Part shown: positions 39,616-48,959 of the stretch, one piece after another
Position numbering within the stretch: position 1 is the first letter of the stretch
How the letters are laid out: the number at the start of each line of letters is the position of its first letter
Assembly: GCA_963674705.1 (NCBI GenBank)
Contig: OY771506.1
Coordinates: forward strand, 864,001 to 928,000
Length of the DNA: 64,000 nt
Reading direction: 5' to 3'
From: Phycisphaeraceae bacterium
GTDB lineage: Bacteria > Planctomycetota > Phycisphaerae > Phycisphaerales > Phycisphaeraceae
The notes under the pieces: generated by a model
The model's input: the letters and a program-made list of their open reading frames with translations, nothing else
Database searches by the model: none
Told to the model about the DNA's origin: nothing
Translations under genes and position numbers: made by a program

Positions 39616-41127
39616 TCACCTTTCCAGTGATTGCTTATCAATCCGCAAAGGCGCACCATCCGGCCCGAACGCGGTAATCACCAGGCCGTCATCTGTCCAT
39701 TCATATGTAAAGTTGCCCGGCGAGTCATCTATCTTCATGTCTTGCCCGGTCGTCGGATTCTTCATGTGAACCAAGATCGCCTGTATGGTTGCTTCATAAC
39801 CATCCGGATCGTCGATACCGTCAACTAGATTATTAAGTGTACCTCTCATAATAGACCACCGGACGCGGGAAGCCGTGACAAGCTGCGCTTTATGCTTAGG
39901 TAGCAACAGATAGGTACCCAGACCCAGCACCAAACTCACAGCACAAGCGCCGAGCACGAACCTGGCCGCCCGCCCTTTCGCTTCTTTCATCCAGGCCCGA
40001 CGTGGATAGATAACGGGCAGCAACATCACCGCGATAGATAAACTGATGAACCCGACATTTGCCGCAACACGAACAGCGCCTTCTTCCGTCCAGCGCTCAG
40101 GCACGTATAACTCATCGCCCGACCATCGAATCATTGCGTCCCGCGACATCTGGTCCGGCGTAAGGCAGGCAGACAACTTCGTCACATAAGCCGACGGCTG
40201 CACGAGCCGAACCAACTCCGGGTGCCTGATCGGCATCTCATCAATATCGCGCGGCCGCGGCCAAGACTCGATATCGACACCTGAAAAGGAATCTGTGCGA
40301 TTACAGTACGCAACTTCAAATCCATCTACAGCCGCACGTTCAGGCCCGAATACGTACAGGTCGATATCCAGCAGCGTTGAACCCGCCGCAGTCAGACGCA
40401 ACGGATAGATCGGCTTCTCAACAGCAAAACGGAACCCAAGCGGATGGGTCAACGCCCCACCTTCCGCGGCCAACTCGGGCCGAAGCCGAGTAGCTGTGAA
40501 GTACCATCCTTCAAAAACATAATGCTCAATCGCCTGACGCGAATCATCTGAGATGTAAAAACCATTGTCTTCAAGCCAGCCGGATAACGAATCGGCATCA
40601 TCGGAGCTGATCACAGCAACCTCGTAATTACCAACCACCCCGCGCTGATGGACCTCGGTCGTCCCAACGGTTACCACACTTCTCGCAGCACCGGATGCAG
40701 GTAATAAAACACCCACAACAAGAGCAATCAACGTAAGCACAATAAGTACATCTATGTAACGCCCCGCCGCACAGCACAGGACCGATAGCGCCACAAGCCA
40801 GAAAAATAGAAACAGCATTGACTCGGTGTGCTTCATCTTCGGCGCCGTCAGCACACGCAGCGTCGTAAACAAACCCGTGGTAGATGCGGTCACCTCCGGC
40901 TCGCTCGGCGTGGGCACAACCCAGGCAAACTCATCGCCCTCGCCTGAAAAACCTGTCTGGATAACCATGGTCTCTACACCGTCAGCCCAATGGATCAGGG
41001 CTTCCTGGTCAGGCATGTTGACCTTGGCTGTCGCACGCTTGGGAAAGACTTTGCCGTCAGCTACGGCATGTGCAGCCCAAGATAACGAAAGGATGAAAAC
41101 CAATACGAAAGTAAATACACGAAACAT
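39616..41127 (-). CDS. DUF2330-like membrane protein
   Basis: ADGKVF, QEALIHW, FAWVVPTPS, VGNYEVAVI, WLEDNGF, THPLGFRF, IYPLRLT. Confidence 0.7.
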   Translation of the reverse strand: MFRVFTFVLVFILSLSWAAHAVADGKVFPKRATAKVNMPDQEALIHWADGVETMVIQTGFSGEGDEFAWVVPTPSEPEVTASTTGLFTTLRVLTAPKMKHTESMLFLFFWLVALSVLCCAAGRYIDVLIVLTLIALVVGVLLPASGAARSVVTVGTTEVHQRGVVGNYEVAVISSDDADSLSGWLEDNGFYISDDSRQAIEHYVFEGWYFTATRLRPELAAEGGALTHPLGFRFAVEKPIYPLRLTAAGSTLLDIDLYVFGPERAAVDGFEVAYCNRTDSFSGVDIESWPRPRDIDEMPIRHPELVRLVQPSAYVTKLSACLTPDQMSRDAMIRWSGDELYVPERWTEEGAVRVAANVGFISLSIAVMLLPVIYPRRAWMKEAKGRAARFVLGACAVSLVLGLGTYLLLPKHKAQLVTASRVRWSIMRGTLNNLVDGIDDPDGYEATIQAILVHMKNPTTGQDMKIDDSPGNFTYEWTDDGLVITAFGPDGAPLRIDKQSLER

Positions 41128-41199
41128 CGACAGGCTCCCGGGCAAGATGATTCATGCACAGGATAGCCCGAATGCTATCGCATAACACATCGAGAATGC

Positions 41200-41778
41200 T
41201 TACTGATTCTGCTCGCTGCCCTGACCGCCGCGGTATTGACCCCGTCCGTTTTCACCACCGCCGGGCCCCCGGCCATTACCTCGGCCCGGCCCACCACCCA
41301 TACCATTGCCACCACGGCCGGGCCCCTCGCCCTGCTGACCCATTCGGTTCTGATGCCGACGGCTTGACCGAACGCTTTCAGCACAAAGACCCATCAACCG
41401 GCTGCGCTGTTCAGGCTCGAGATGCGTGCGGATTTTCAGGATATGTTCAGCCACCCGACGCTTCAGCGCATTATGCGCCTCGATCGTGGATTCAAACTGT
41501 TTCCTGATCTGCTCATCGGTGGCATCATCACTTTCAAGAACTTCCGCGAGTTTGGTCTTCGCGTCATCTAATTTGTTGGACAGATCCGCCGCATCGGCAT
41601 CAAAATCAGGATCGGCCTGATCGATCGCCGCGATCTGCTCGCTGCTCAGGTTAAGCAGGCTGTTCAGGTGCGGGTCCTTCACGGGCGTGCTCTTCGGGCC
41701 GGCGCCGATCGTCAACGTAAACACAATGCCGGCGATGAATGCCCCGGTCAACAAAATCAGGAGATTGTTTCGTCGCAT
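41200..41778 (-). CDS. Spy/CpxP/ZraP-like periplasmic protein
   Basis: N-terminal TM helix; LNLSSEQ and LEPEQR (LTxxQ-type) motifs; Gly/Arg-rich tail. Confidence 0.8.
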   Translation of the reverse strand: MRRNNLLILLTGAFIAGIVFTLTIGAGPKSTPVKDPHLNSLLNLSSEQIAAIDQADPDFDADAADLSNKLDDAKTKLAEVLESDDATDEQIRKQFESTIEAHNALKRRVAEHILKIRTHLEPEQRSRLMGLCAESVRSSRRHQNRMGQQGEGPGRGGNGMGGGPGRGNGRGPGGGENGRGQYRGGQGSEQNQ

Positions 41779-41781
41779 GGC

Positions 41782-42300
41782 TTATACCTCTTCTTCCGGG
41801 GCTTCCGAAGCATCCTGGAAGTCCGGGGTATCCGTGGTTTCAGGTGGCAGGATCACCGACACCAGCCCGGTCGGGTCGTTGTCGGTGATGATGTCCAGAT
41901 ACAACTCGTTCGCGGCCTGCTGTGGGTCCGCAGCGTCCACCGTCATCGCTTGTGGCGCCGGCCGCACCGCCAGACCCGCCGCGTGGCCGATCACCGCCGC
42001 AAGCCCGACACAGGCTGCCAGCTTCGCCACTGGCCAGACCCAGTCCTGCAAGCGGAACGGGCCGGCGTCCGGCGTGTCTGCTTGCTCAGCTTCCAGGCGA
42101 TCGAGCACCCGGCTCGTCAGATCGACCTTACCCTCGTCGGCTTCCCAGCCCCCCAAAACCTCCCAGGTTAGCCTTGTCTGCCGCAGTTTTTCAGCGCACA
42201 GCTCACACTCAGCAAGGTGTGCGTCAACTTCGCTTCGGGCAGCGGTCGACAACTGCCCGTTGCAGTATTCGATCAACTGGATGTCCTGAAGGTGGGCCAT
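41782..42300 (-). CDS. Zinc-finger (ZAS) transmembrane anti-sigma factor
   Basis: HL...HLAECELC (HxxxCxxC) and a single TM helix; SD GGAG before ATG 42300 (alternative start 42312). Confidence 0.87.
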   Translation of the reverse strand: MAHLQDIQLIEYCNGQLSTAARSEVDAHLAECELCAEKLRQTRLTWEVLGGWEADEGKVDLTSRVLDRLEAEQADTPDAGPFRLQDWVWPVAKLAACVGLAAVIGHAAGLAVRPAPQAMTVDAADPQQAANELYLDIITDNDPTGLVSVILPPETTDTPDFQDASEAPEEEV

Positions 42301-42318
42301 AATTTGCTCCATTACTTA

Positions 42319-42345
42319 AACGTTCCGAAACGCCAACGCCTGCGG
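42319..42345 (-). promoter_or_regulatory. ECF promoter copy 1 (upstream of anti-sigma/spy)
   Basis: CCGCAGGCG-N13-ACGTT on the minus strand; same motif and spacing as 43035-43061. Confidence 0.7.
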
Positions 42346-42361
42346 CGGTTTCAGAAAATAA

Positions 42362-42967
42362 CTAACCATTTTTCAAATCCGATAACGTTTCCCGCAGCTT
42401 GGCGTAAGCCCTTACCAATAATGATTCCACGGCCGATTCACTGCGATCCATTACCTCGGCGATCTGACGGATTGGCTGGCCCTCAAAACGGTGCAGAAGC
42501 AGCGCCGTCTGCTGCGCTTCCGGTAACTCATTCACCGCTTTGCGAACCCGCTCGCTTCGTTCACGAGCCGTCAGACTATCCTCCGGTAACTCGCCCATCC
42601 GATCGATCTGCTCCTGGCTGACCGCCATCGGCATACGCGCCGCCTTACGCTTCATATCCAGACAGTGATTGACCACGATCCGGTACAGCCACGTCGTAAA
42701 CAACGCCTCCGGCCGGTACTTACCCGCAGACCGGTACACCTTGATAAACACTTCCTGCGCCGCTTCCTCCGCCTGATCCCATCGGCCAAGAACCCGATAA
42801 CTCAATGAGAATACACGCTGTTGATGACGCTCAATCAGTTGACCCAGCGCCGCATGATCGCCACGGGCAACTCTCTGAACAAGCTGCGGGTCCGAAGGCA
42901 CATCCGCGCCCGGATCATCCGAACCATGCGAAGCGTTACGCGGAGTTGTATGGCGTGCATCATCCAA
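42362..42967 (-). CDS. ECF RNA polymerase sigma factor
   Basis: AEEAAQEVFIKVY, FTTWLYRIVVNHCLD, LPEAQQ..IAEVM..AVESLLVRA. Confidence 0.95.
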   Translation of the reverse strand: MDDARHTTPRNASHGSDDPGADVPSDPQLVQRVARGDHAALGQLIERHQQRVFSLSYRVLGRWDQAEEAAQEVFIKVYRSAGKYRPEALFTTWLYRIVVNHCLDMKRKAARMPMAVSQEQIDRMGELPEDSLTARERSERVRKAVNELPEAQQTALLLHRFEGQPIRQIAEVMDRSESAVESLLVRAYAKLRETLSDLKNG

Positions 42968-43034
42968 TTTTCAGTGTCCCCGCCCTCTCGATATGGCGCG
43001 GCCTGCAACCCAAACAAAATTCTTTTCAAAAAGT

Positions 43035-43061
43035 CCGCAGGCGATCCGTACCGCTGACGTT
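43035..43061 (+). promoter_or_regulatory. ECF promoter copy 2 (upstream of the repeat protein)
   Basis: CCGCAGGCG-N13-ACGTT preceded by an A/T tract. Confidence 0.7.
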
Positions 43062-43207
43062 CATAAGTATAGACGATCCGGTGATTGTCGAGCGAAATAC
43101 ACAACGTGAAGCCCCGGTAAGTGCGACGAGCCGGGCCCAATGTAACTGCCTCTGTACCCGGAGGCGACTACCGCCGAAAGGCACAGTCAAACAGAAAGGA
43201 ATCCAAC

Positions 43208-43672
43208 ATGAAGTCATTAACACTCTTTGCCGCCGCCCTCGCATTGCTGCTCGTTGCAGGCGCCGGAACCACAACCGCTTCGGTAGGTTCAGCCATCGGT
43301 GACTGGACCACGCCAGACCTGATGCCGCTGGCAGACCAGACACGCGCCCGCGATCGCGACAAGGACGGCGACTGCGACAAGGACTGTGATCAGGACAAGG
43401 ATCAGGACCGCGCACGTGACCGTGACGGTGACTGCGACCAGGACTGCGACAAGGATCAGGACCGTGCACGCGATCGCGACGGCGACTGCCCGTTTGAAGA
43501 AGCCGCCATCAACATCGACCGTGACGTACAGAGCTTTGCACAGCGTCAGCGCAGCCGTGATTGCGACGGCAGCGGACAACAGGCCGGCAAGGGTAAAGGC
43601 GCCGGCAAAGGTAAAGGCAACGGTAGCGGTAACGGCACGAAAGACCGCAAGCGAGATGGCAGCTGCGGATAA
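43208..43672 (+). CDS. Small secreted (Asp-X)n, Cys-containing tandem-repeat protein
   Basis: SD GAAAGGA; signal peptide MKSLTLFAAALALLLVAGAG; repeats DQDRARDRDGDC; GK-rich tail ending RDGSCG. Confidence 0.8.
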   Translation: MKSLTLFAAALALLLVAGAGTTTASVGSAIGDWTTPDLMPLADQTRARDRDKDGDCDKDCDQDKDQDRARDRDGDCDQDCDKDQDRARDRDGDCPFEEAAINIDRDVQSFAQRQRSRDCDGSGQQAGKGKGAGKGKGNGSGNGTKDRKRDGSCG

Positions 43673-43704
43673 CACCCAACTGCTTTAGACATACTTAAGT
43701 GCAC

Positions 43705-43747
43705 GAGACATGTGTCAGCGGCGTGCCCGGCACATGTCTCTTTTTTT
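43705..43747 (+). terminator. Rho-independent terminator
   Basis: GAGACATGTG...CACATGTCTC stem followed by T7. Confidence 0.8.
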
Positions 43748-45458
43748 ACTTCTTCCCTGCCCGACGGCCTAATAGCCAACCCAATTCTTCGGCCCCGGTC
43801 AGCTTCGCGCCAATCAATACAACTAACGCACCGATCAACACCACCACCGCCAGTAACCCCGCGCTGCCGAACCACGTCAACGTTTGGGCCGGGTACTTCA
43901 TCATCACAGGCGTGACAAGAAGCGTCATCACGAAACTCAATAGGAGCGTGCGGGCCCAACCCATCACCACACCCCTGTCGATCGGTTTAGCCACATGCTT
44001 GCGCACCAACAGCAACAGGATCAGAACCTGCAAACTCGCGCTGATCGCGGTCGACCACGCAAGCCCCGCAGCGCCGAGCGGCCAGATAAGCGTCAGGTTC
44101 AGCGCAAAATTGAAAACGACCATGCTCATGCTCACACGCAACGGCGTCTTGGAATCGCCAACCGCATAAAACGTACGGGTCAGGATATGCGTCATCGAAT
44201 AAGCCCAGACAGCCGAAGCATATCCCGCGAGGATCATGGCTACACGCAACGAGTCCTGCAGCTCGAACTTCCCATGCTCGAATAAAACGCGCGTCAACGG
44301 TACACGCACGAGGATAAGCCCAACGCTTGCCGGCATCCCAATGAAAAACGCCAGCCTAAGCCCGTGATGCAGTATCGTTTGGAAGTTGGCTTTGCCCGCA
44401 TCAGACTTGTCCGCCGCCGCATGCGCAAGCGCCGGGAAAATCGCCGTCGCCAGCGCGATGCCAAACACACCCAGTGGGAACTGGTACAGCCGTTGCGCAC
44501 CCGCGAGCGCCACCACCTGCCCCGCATCGTCGATCGGGTAATGCCACTGCCTGCCGAAAAGCTCGATGACATCCGCCCCCCCCTCTTTCGGTGCAAAACC
44601 AAAAGCGATCAGTGAATCCATCGCCGCGTTGATCTGGAACACCGCAAGCCCCAGCACCATCGGCAGCATCACCCACAGCATCTTCTTGAACGGCTCCAGC
44701 GTCTGCGCAAAATTCAGCGTCAACCCTTCAACGCGCAATAAAGCAACCAACTGCCACAGCAACTGCAACACACCCGCAACCAACACGCTCAGCGACACAT
44801 AATCGACCGCCGTCCGCAATGGCGCATCGTCGGTCACATCTGGTGCAATGCCGTACGTCGCCAGGAAGATCGCCACGATCATGACAAGGTTCAACAGCAC
44901 CGGCGCCGCGGCGGGCGGTCCAAACCTGTTACGCACCTGCAATGCCCCGCCGATCAACGCCACCAGGCAGATCAACGGCATGTATGGCAGCATCAGCATC
45001 GTCAGCCGGATCGCCAGCAGCGTGTCTTCCGTGACACTGAGTTTCGTGTACATCAACCACAGCACACCCTCGCCGACCAGCGTCAGCGCGCCCGTAACGA
45101 TCATCAGTGCCGCGATGCAGAATGAAGCAAACCGCTTGGCTACCTCGGGCTTGTTCCGCGTCAACTCGGCATAGGCCGGGATAAATGCCGACGATAGCGC
45201 CCCCTCGCCGAACAGACGGCGAAAGAGATTGGGCACCATGAATCCGATCAGGAATGCCGAACCAACCGGCCCCCGCCCGAACGAGGCAAAAAGCACCGCG
45301 TCGCGCAGCAAGCCGGTGAAACGCGAGACGAGCGTGAGCGCCGCCACGAGCATGGCGTTGCCGACAAAACGTGGAGCCTCGCCGGCTTTCGCCGATCCAC
45401 TCGGATCGGGCCCGCTATCAGCGGTCGCATGTTGGGGGGCGTTCGGTGTTTCGGTCAT
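43746..45458 (-). CDS. murJ: Lipid II flippase MurJ (MviN)
   Basis: SRFTGLLRD, PNLFRRLFGEGALSSAFIP, RLYQFPLGVFGIALATAIFP, FYAVGDSKTP. Confidence 0.95.
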   Translation of the reverse strand: MTETPNAPQHATADSGPDPSGSAKAGEAPRFVGNAMLVAALTLVSRFTGLLRDAVLFASFGRGPVGSAFLIGFMVPNLFRRLFGEGALSSAFIPAYAELTRNKPEVAKRFASFCIAALMIVTGALTLVGEGVLWLMYTKLSVTEDTLLAIRLTMLMLPYMPLICLVALIGGALQVRNRFGPPAAAPVLLNLVMIVAIFLATYGIAPDVTDDAPLRTAVDYVSLSVLVAGVLQLLWQLVALLRVEGLTLNFAQTLEPFKKMLWVMLPMVLGLAVFQINAAMDSLIAFGFAPKEGGADVIELFGRQWHYPIDDAGQVVALAGAQRLYQFPLGVFGIALATAIFPALAHAAADKSDAGKANFQTILHHGLRLAFFIGMPASVGLILVRVPLTRVLFEHGKFELQDSLRVAMILAGYASAVWAYSMTHILTRTFYAVGDSKTPLRVSMSMVVFNFALNLTLIWPLGAAGLAWSTAISASLQVLILLLLVRKHVAKPIDRGVVMGWARTLLLSFVMTLLVTPVMMKYPAQTLTWFGSAGLLAVVVLIGALVVLIGAKLTGAEELGWLLGRRAGKK

Positions 45459-46276
45459 ACCTGATCGGTCAATGGTCGGTTTGTGCGTACGTGTCGGATA
45501 ATCGCCAATACTGCCAAGGCTGCCATCCCGGTAAGCAAACCGAGCTGGTGGGCGTACAGGCCATTCATATCGATGCCCTGCTCGGTAAACAACCGAGCTG
45601 ATTCTATGATCGGCCCACCCAGACCGATCACAACAATGCTCAGGAACATCCCAAGTCTGGGCCGGTTTACCCCGGCCGGTTGCGATGCAACCAGCAGCAG
45701 AATCAGGACACCGGCGATGAGGAAACGCACGATCTCATTGATACCCAGCCCGGATGGTTGTGCAGACGGCTGCCCCTGTCCCCATGCGCTGAGCAGTGCC
45801 ACCAACGCCAAAACCAGCGCGGCGACAATCAGCACGGCCGAAACGACACGGTAGATCACGACCCGCCGGGGCCTCGTATCCAGAGGTGGCGGCGAAGTCA
45901 GGATCAGGAACACCCCGATGATCGCGATCGCCCCCGCCACGACATCGCTGTAGGAAACATGTCGGCCGGTGAACTGCTGGGTGTACTCGTCCACGAGGGC
46001 GTACACGCTGCCGATCAACAGCGCAGCAAGCGCGTGGGCGAATGAAGGGGCCTTCGACCCGGCCAACCGGCTTAGATATAAAAGTAACGCGAGTCCCGCA
46101 AAGCCGGCCACGTGCAGCGACTTGTCGATCTGGAACACGCCGATCTGATTCGATGTATCGCCCAGTGTAAATTCCGGCAGGTGCGAGCCTGTCGCCAGCA
46201 GCAGCCAATAGATCGCCAGGCACCAGCGCGACCGCGAAACCGATTGAAAAAAAGTAGTTGGTTTTACCACCGACAC
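45455..46276 (-). CDS. VanZ-family membrane protein
   Basis: DKSLHVAGF, YALVDEYTQQFTGR..SYSD. Confidence 0.8.
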   Translation of the reverse strand: MSVVKPTTFFQSVSRSRWCLAIYWLLLATGSHLPEFTLGDTSNQIGVFQIDKSLHVAGFAGLALLLYLSRLAGSKAPSFAHALAALLIGSVYALVDEYTQQFTGRHVSYSDVVAGAIAIIGVFLILTSPPPLDTRPRRVVIYRVVSAVLIVAALVLALVALLSAWGQGQPSAQPSGLGINEIVRFLIAGVLILLLVASQPAGVNRPRLGMFLSIVVIGLGGPIIESARLFTEQGIDMNGLYAHQLGLLTGMAALAVLAIIRHVRTNRPLTDQV

Positions 46277-46312
46277 ATCATAGAGAAGTTAACGTGATCG
46301 AACACGGAGCCG

Positions 46313-47740
46313 TTAACGCCCTCGTCGACCCGTATCAGATGTCCGGCGCGTACCGATCATGGTAAGCCCGGTAACGATTCCTATCCCCAAAACAGACGGC
46401 TCGGGGATGCTCAACTCTGAGATGCTTGGCGGTGTACCTTCACCCCAGTGGTTCAATACCAGGTCTAATTCATCCAGCCCCACATCGCCGTCGCTCCATG
46501 ATGTGGCCTGGCCCCATTCACCGAGGACGATGTCCAGGTCGTCCAGGCCGACAAATCCATCGCCATCAAGATCGCCGACCAGGCTCACGGTCAGGGCGTT
46601 TGGGAAACTGCTCACCACATCCCACACCGCATCCTGCACAAGCAGCGCCAGCTCTTCCGTAATGGGTATGCCTATGGTTGGTGTGCCCTCCCCCCAATTG
46701 CCCAGCACATATTCCAGTTCATCCAACCCGACGATCCCGTTGCTCCACAGCGTGACCTGGTTCCAACTCGTAAGGACGATATCCAGGTCATCGATACCAA
46801 CAAAACCATCCAGATCAAGGTCTCCTGGCAGCAGGTCGGTACTGGTATCGGCATCGGTATCACAGGCAACGCAGGGACTCGTCGTCAGTGTTACCTGATC
46901 GACTAGCGTAAGCTGTTCGGTGCTCGCGGGTGTGCCGGTGGGCAAGCTGCCGGGCTGGAAGTCATCGCTGGCGGGTAAACCTGTGGGGTCCTCTTCAAAC
47001 AGCGTGGCAAAAACCGTAGTTGCCGCGATGAATCGGCCCAGGTTGTTCAGGTGCAGGTTGTCGCGATAGAGCTGTACCGCGCTGAAAAAATCGGAGAACT
47101 CGCCGGCGTCCATACGTAGGTCGATCTCTGCCATCACATATCCCACGGGGATGACGTACAAATCAATATCCTGCAGGTCCGGATCGTTCTTTAATTCGTT
47201 GTAAATCCATTCGAAACTGTTCGCGTTTCGGACCATGTTTGCGTCCGGGTCCGTCGGTGTCGGGTCATACCAGTCGTCGTAGAAAAGCGTGCCGGTAAAA
47301 GGTTTTTCACCCCAACTCGCAAACATGTAGAAGCGTGTATCCGCGTTGTCGGGATTCTGCCGGGCAAGCTGGATCAATGCTTTCGCGGCCTCGTATTCTT
47401 CCCTGGCCGTGGCGCTGGTGTGTGGCTGCAAGGTGATCGCGTCCCAGGCATAGTTGGCCAGCGCTTCTTCGTAATACCCAAGCGTGTTCGACTCGATGCA
47501 CACGTCCGTGGGATTGTTGAGGATGTAATCCAAAGATCGCCCGCAACGGATGTGGTAGCCCGTGGTCAGTGTGTGCCCCGCGTCTGCCGCAAGCTGAGGC
47601 AAACCCGCACTGACGCGCGCATCCCACGTCAGGCTGTTTCCGATGTGGTAGGTGTTCAAGGTGTCCGCATGGATAGTGCCGGCCATAATAAAAAAACTGG
47701 CCGGGACAACCACAAAATTGAATACACACCGTTTAATCAT
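46313..47740 (-). CDS. PEP-CTERM protein with SGNH-like domain and two dockerin-like cassettes
   Basis: YHIGNSLT, YVIPVG, RDNLHLN; GDLDxDGFVG repeats; IPEP-TM-RR tail. Start uncertain. Confidence 0.8.
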   Translation of the reverse strand: MIKRCVFNFVVVPASFFIMAGTIHADTLNTYHIGNSLTWDARVSAGLPQLAADAGHTLTTGYHIRCGRSLDYILNNPTDVCIESNTLGYYEEALANYAWDAITLQPHTSATAREEYEAAKALIQLARQNPDNADTRFYMFASWGEKPFTGTLFYDDWYDPTPTDPDANMVRNANSFEWIYNELKNDPDLQDIDLYVIPVGYVMAEIDLRMDAGEFSDFFSAVQLYRDNLHLNNLGRFIAATTVFATLFEEDPTGLPASDDFQPGSLPTGTPASTEQLTLVDQVTLTTSPCVACDTDADTSTDLLPGDLDLDGFVGIDDLDIVLTSWNQVTLWSNGIVGLDELEYVLGNWGEGTPTIGIPITEELALLVQDAVWDVVSSFPNALTVSLVGDLDGDGFVGLDDLDIVLGEWGQATSWSDGDVGLDELDLVLNHWGEGTPPSISELSIPEPSVLGIGIVTGLTMIGTRRTSDTGRRGR

Positions 47741-47780
47741 AGGACACATCACATCGGGATTAAATATAAAACGGTACACT

Positions 47781-48959
47781 TCAAAGCCTCACGCAACTAC
47801 GACGACGCAGCGCAACACAAAAGCCAAACGCAAACAAACCGGCACACGCCGGCTCGGGTACTGGAATCCCCGGCGGCCTCCCTGCGTCCCAGTTACCCAG
47901 CACGATATCCAGATCATCGAGCCCGACGAAGCCGTCGCCGCTCGGATCAGCTGAACTGTCAACGGGCACAACGGTCTGGTTCCAATTGCCCAACACCAAT
48001 TCCAGATCATCCAACCCCACGTAGCCGTCCCCGTTCAGGTCCCCGATCAAATAGGTCGGTGTAATGTCGGTATTGATGATGCTCAGATGGCGCTTTGCGG
48101 GGCTGAGCATCTGCGCGGCAGGCCCCCACGTCTGCATGTTGTCATATGAATCGATATACAGCCCGGTCGATACGCCCTCGATCAACTTCGTGCCCGGCCC
48201 CGGCTGGTCGAAGAACATGCGCCAATGATCCCCCTCGATCTGCACCACGTAAGGCCCTTCGATTGACGCGCCGACCCCGTACCAGTTGCCTTGATGATCC
48301 ACATCCAGTGTGTAAGGCCCGGTTAAGTTTGTTGACGTGGCTCGAACGTTATTCCATGGAACACTCGTACGGTCCGTGTACCAGAGGTTGTATACCCCAT
48401 CGATGAGGGTCACCATGCCGTCCACGACATTGCTTTGCAGCCCGGTCAGATGATCCGGTTGCGACCACGTGGTGTAATCATCATTGGTCGGATGCATCTC
48501 AAACATCTGCAACGTGGCGCTGCCATCGGATGAAAGCCCGACAATCAAATGCCAACCCTCATCATCCCGGACCCACTCCGGCGCCCATGAGCGAGGATCG
48601 CCGTTAGCTACACTTGATGTGTCGATCTGCGTCACGTGCTCCCACGTCACCGCGTCACGGCTGCGCGCCAAACCGATGTAATCGGTCTGCACCGACCAGT
48701 GCCCGGCCGTATACGCAACCCACCAGTAACCGGTGGCCTGGTCAAACATCAACGACGGGTCACGCACAACATCATCACCAGGCGGATCGTAAACCGCGTA
48801 ATCCCCGGTAAACGTTTGGGCGTCTTCAGAATGCAGGATGTAAAGCTGCTGATCCCTGTCGCTGACCCATGATGCAGCGATATAGTCCGCGCTACTCACA
48901 ACGGGCGCTGCTGCCATGAATATGGCCGGTAACAAAAACCAGCGACTAAGACGAAGCAT
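47781..48959 (-). CDS. PEP-CTERM glycoside hydrolase (GH43/five-bladed propeller-like) with dockerin pair
   Basis: VRDPSL, SRDAVTW, WAPEW, VVDG, IEGP; dockerin pair; VPEP-TM-RRR tail. Confidence 0.8.
   Translation of the reverse strand: MLRLSRWFLLPAIFMAAAPVVSSADYIAASWVSDRDQQLYILHSEDAQTFTGDYAVYDPPGDDVVRDPSLMFDQATGYWWVAYTAGHWSVQTDYIGLARSRDAVTWEHVTQIDTSSVANGDPRSWAPEWVRDDEGWHLIVGLSSDGSATLQMFEMHPTNDDYTTWSQPDHLTGLQSNVVDGMVTLIDGVYNLWYTDRTSVPWNNVRATSTNLTGPYTLDVDHQGNWYGVGASIEGPYVVQIEGDHWRMFFDQPGPGTKLIEGVSTGLYIDSYDNMQTWGPAAQMLSPAKRHLSIINTDITPTYLIGDLNGDGYVGLDDLELVLGNWNQTVVPVDSSADPSGDGFVGLDDLDIVLGNWDAGRPPGIPVPEPACAGLFAFGFCVALRRRSCVRL

Noticed and set aside
43035..43188. NiCo (czcD) riboswitch resemblance (GCAGGC..GCCGGGCC..GGCACAG)
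   Set aside because: The CUGAG 5' strand is missing, spacing is too long, and GCAGGCG is better explained as the duplicated promoter -35.
43330..43490. Tandem DNA repeats as a CRISPR array
   Set aside because: Repeats are in-frame, degenerate at wobble positions and lack unique spacers; no cas genes are present.
43208..43672. Repeat protein as a multi-core RiPP precursor
   Set aside because: It has a Sec-type signal peptide and no modifying enzymes, peptidase or transporter nearby.
43746..45458. murJ in a planctomycete as a surprise
   Set aside because: Peptidoglycan synthesis in Planctomycetota is established.
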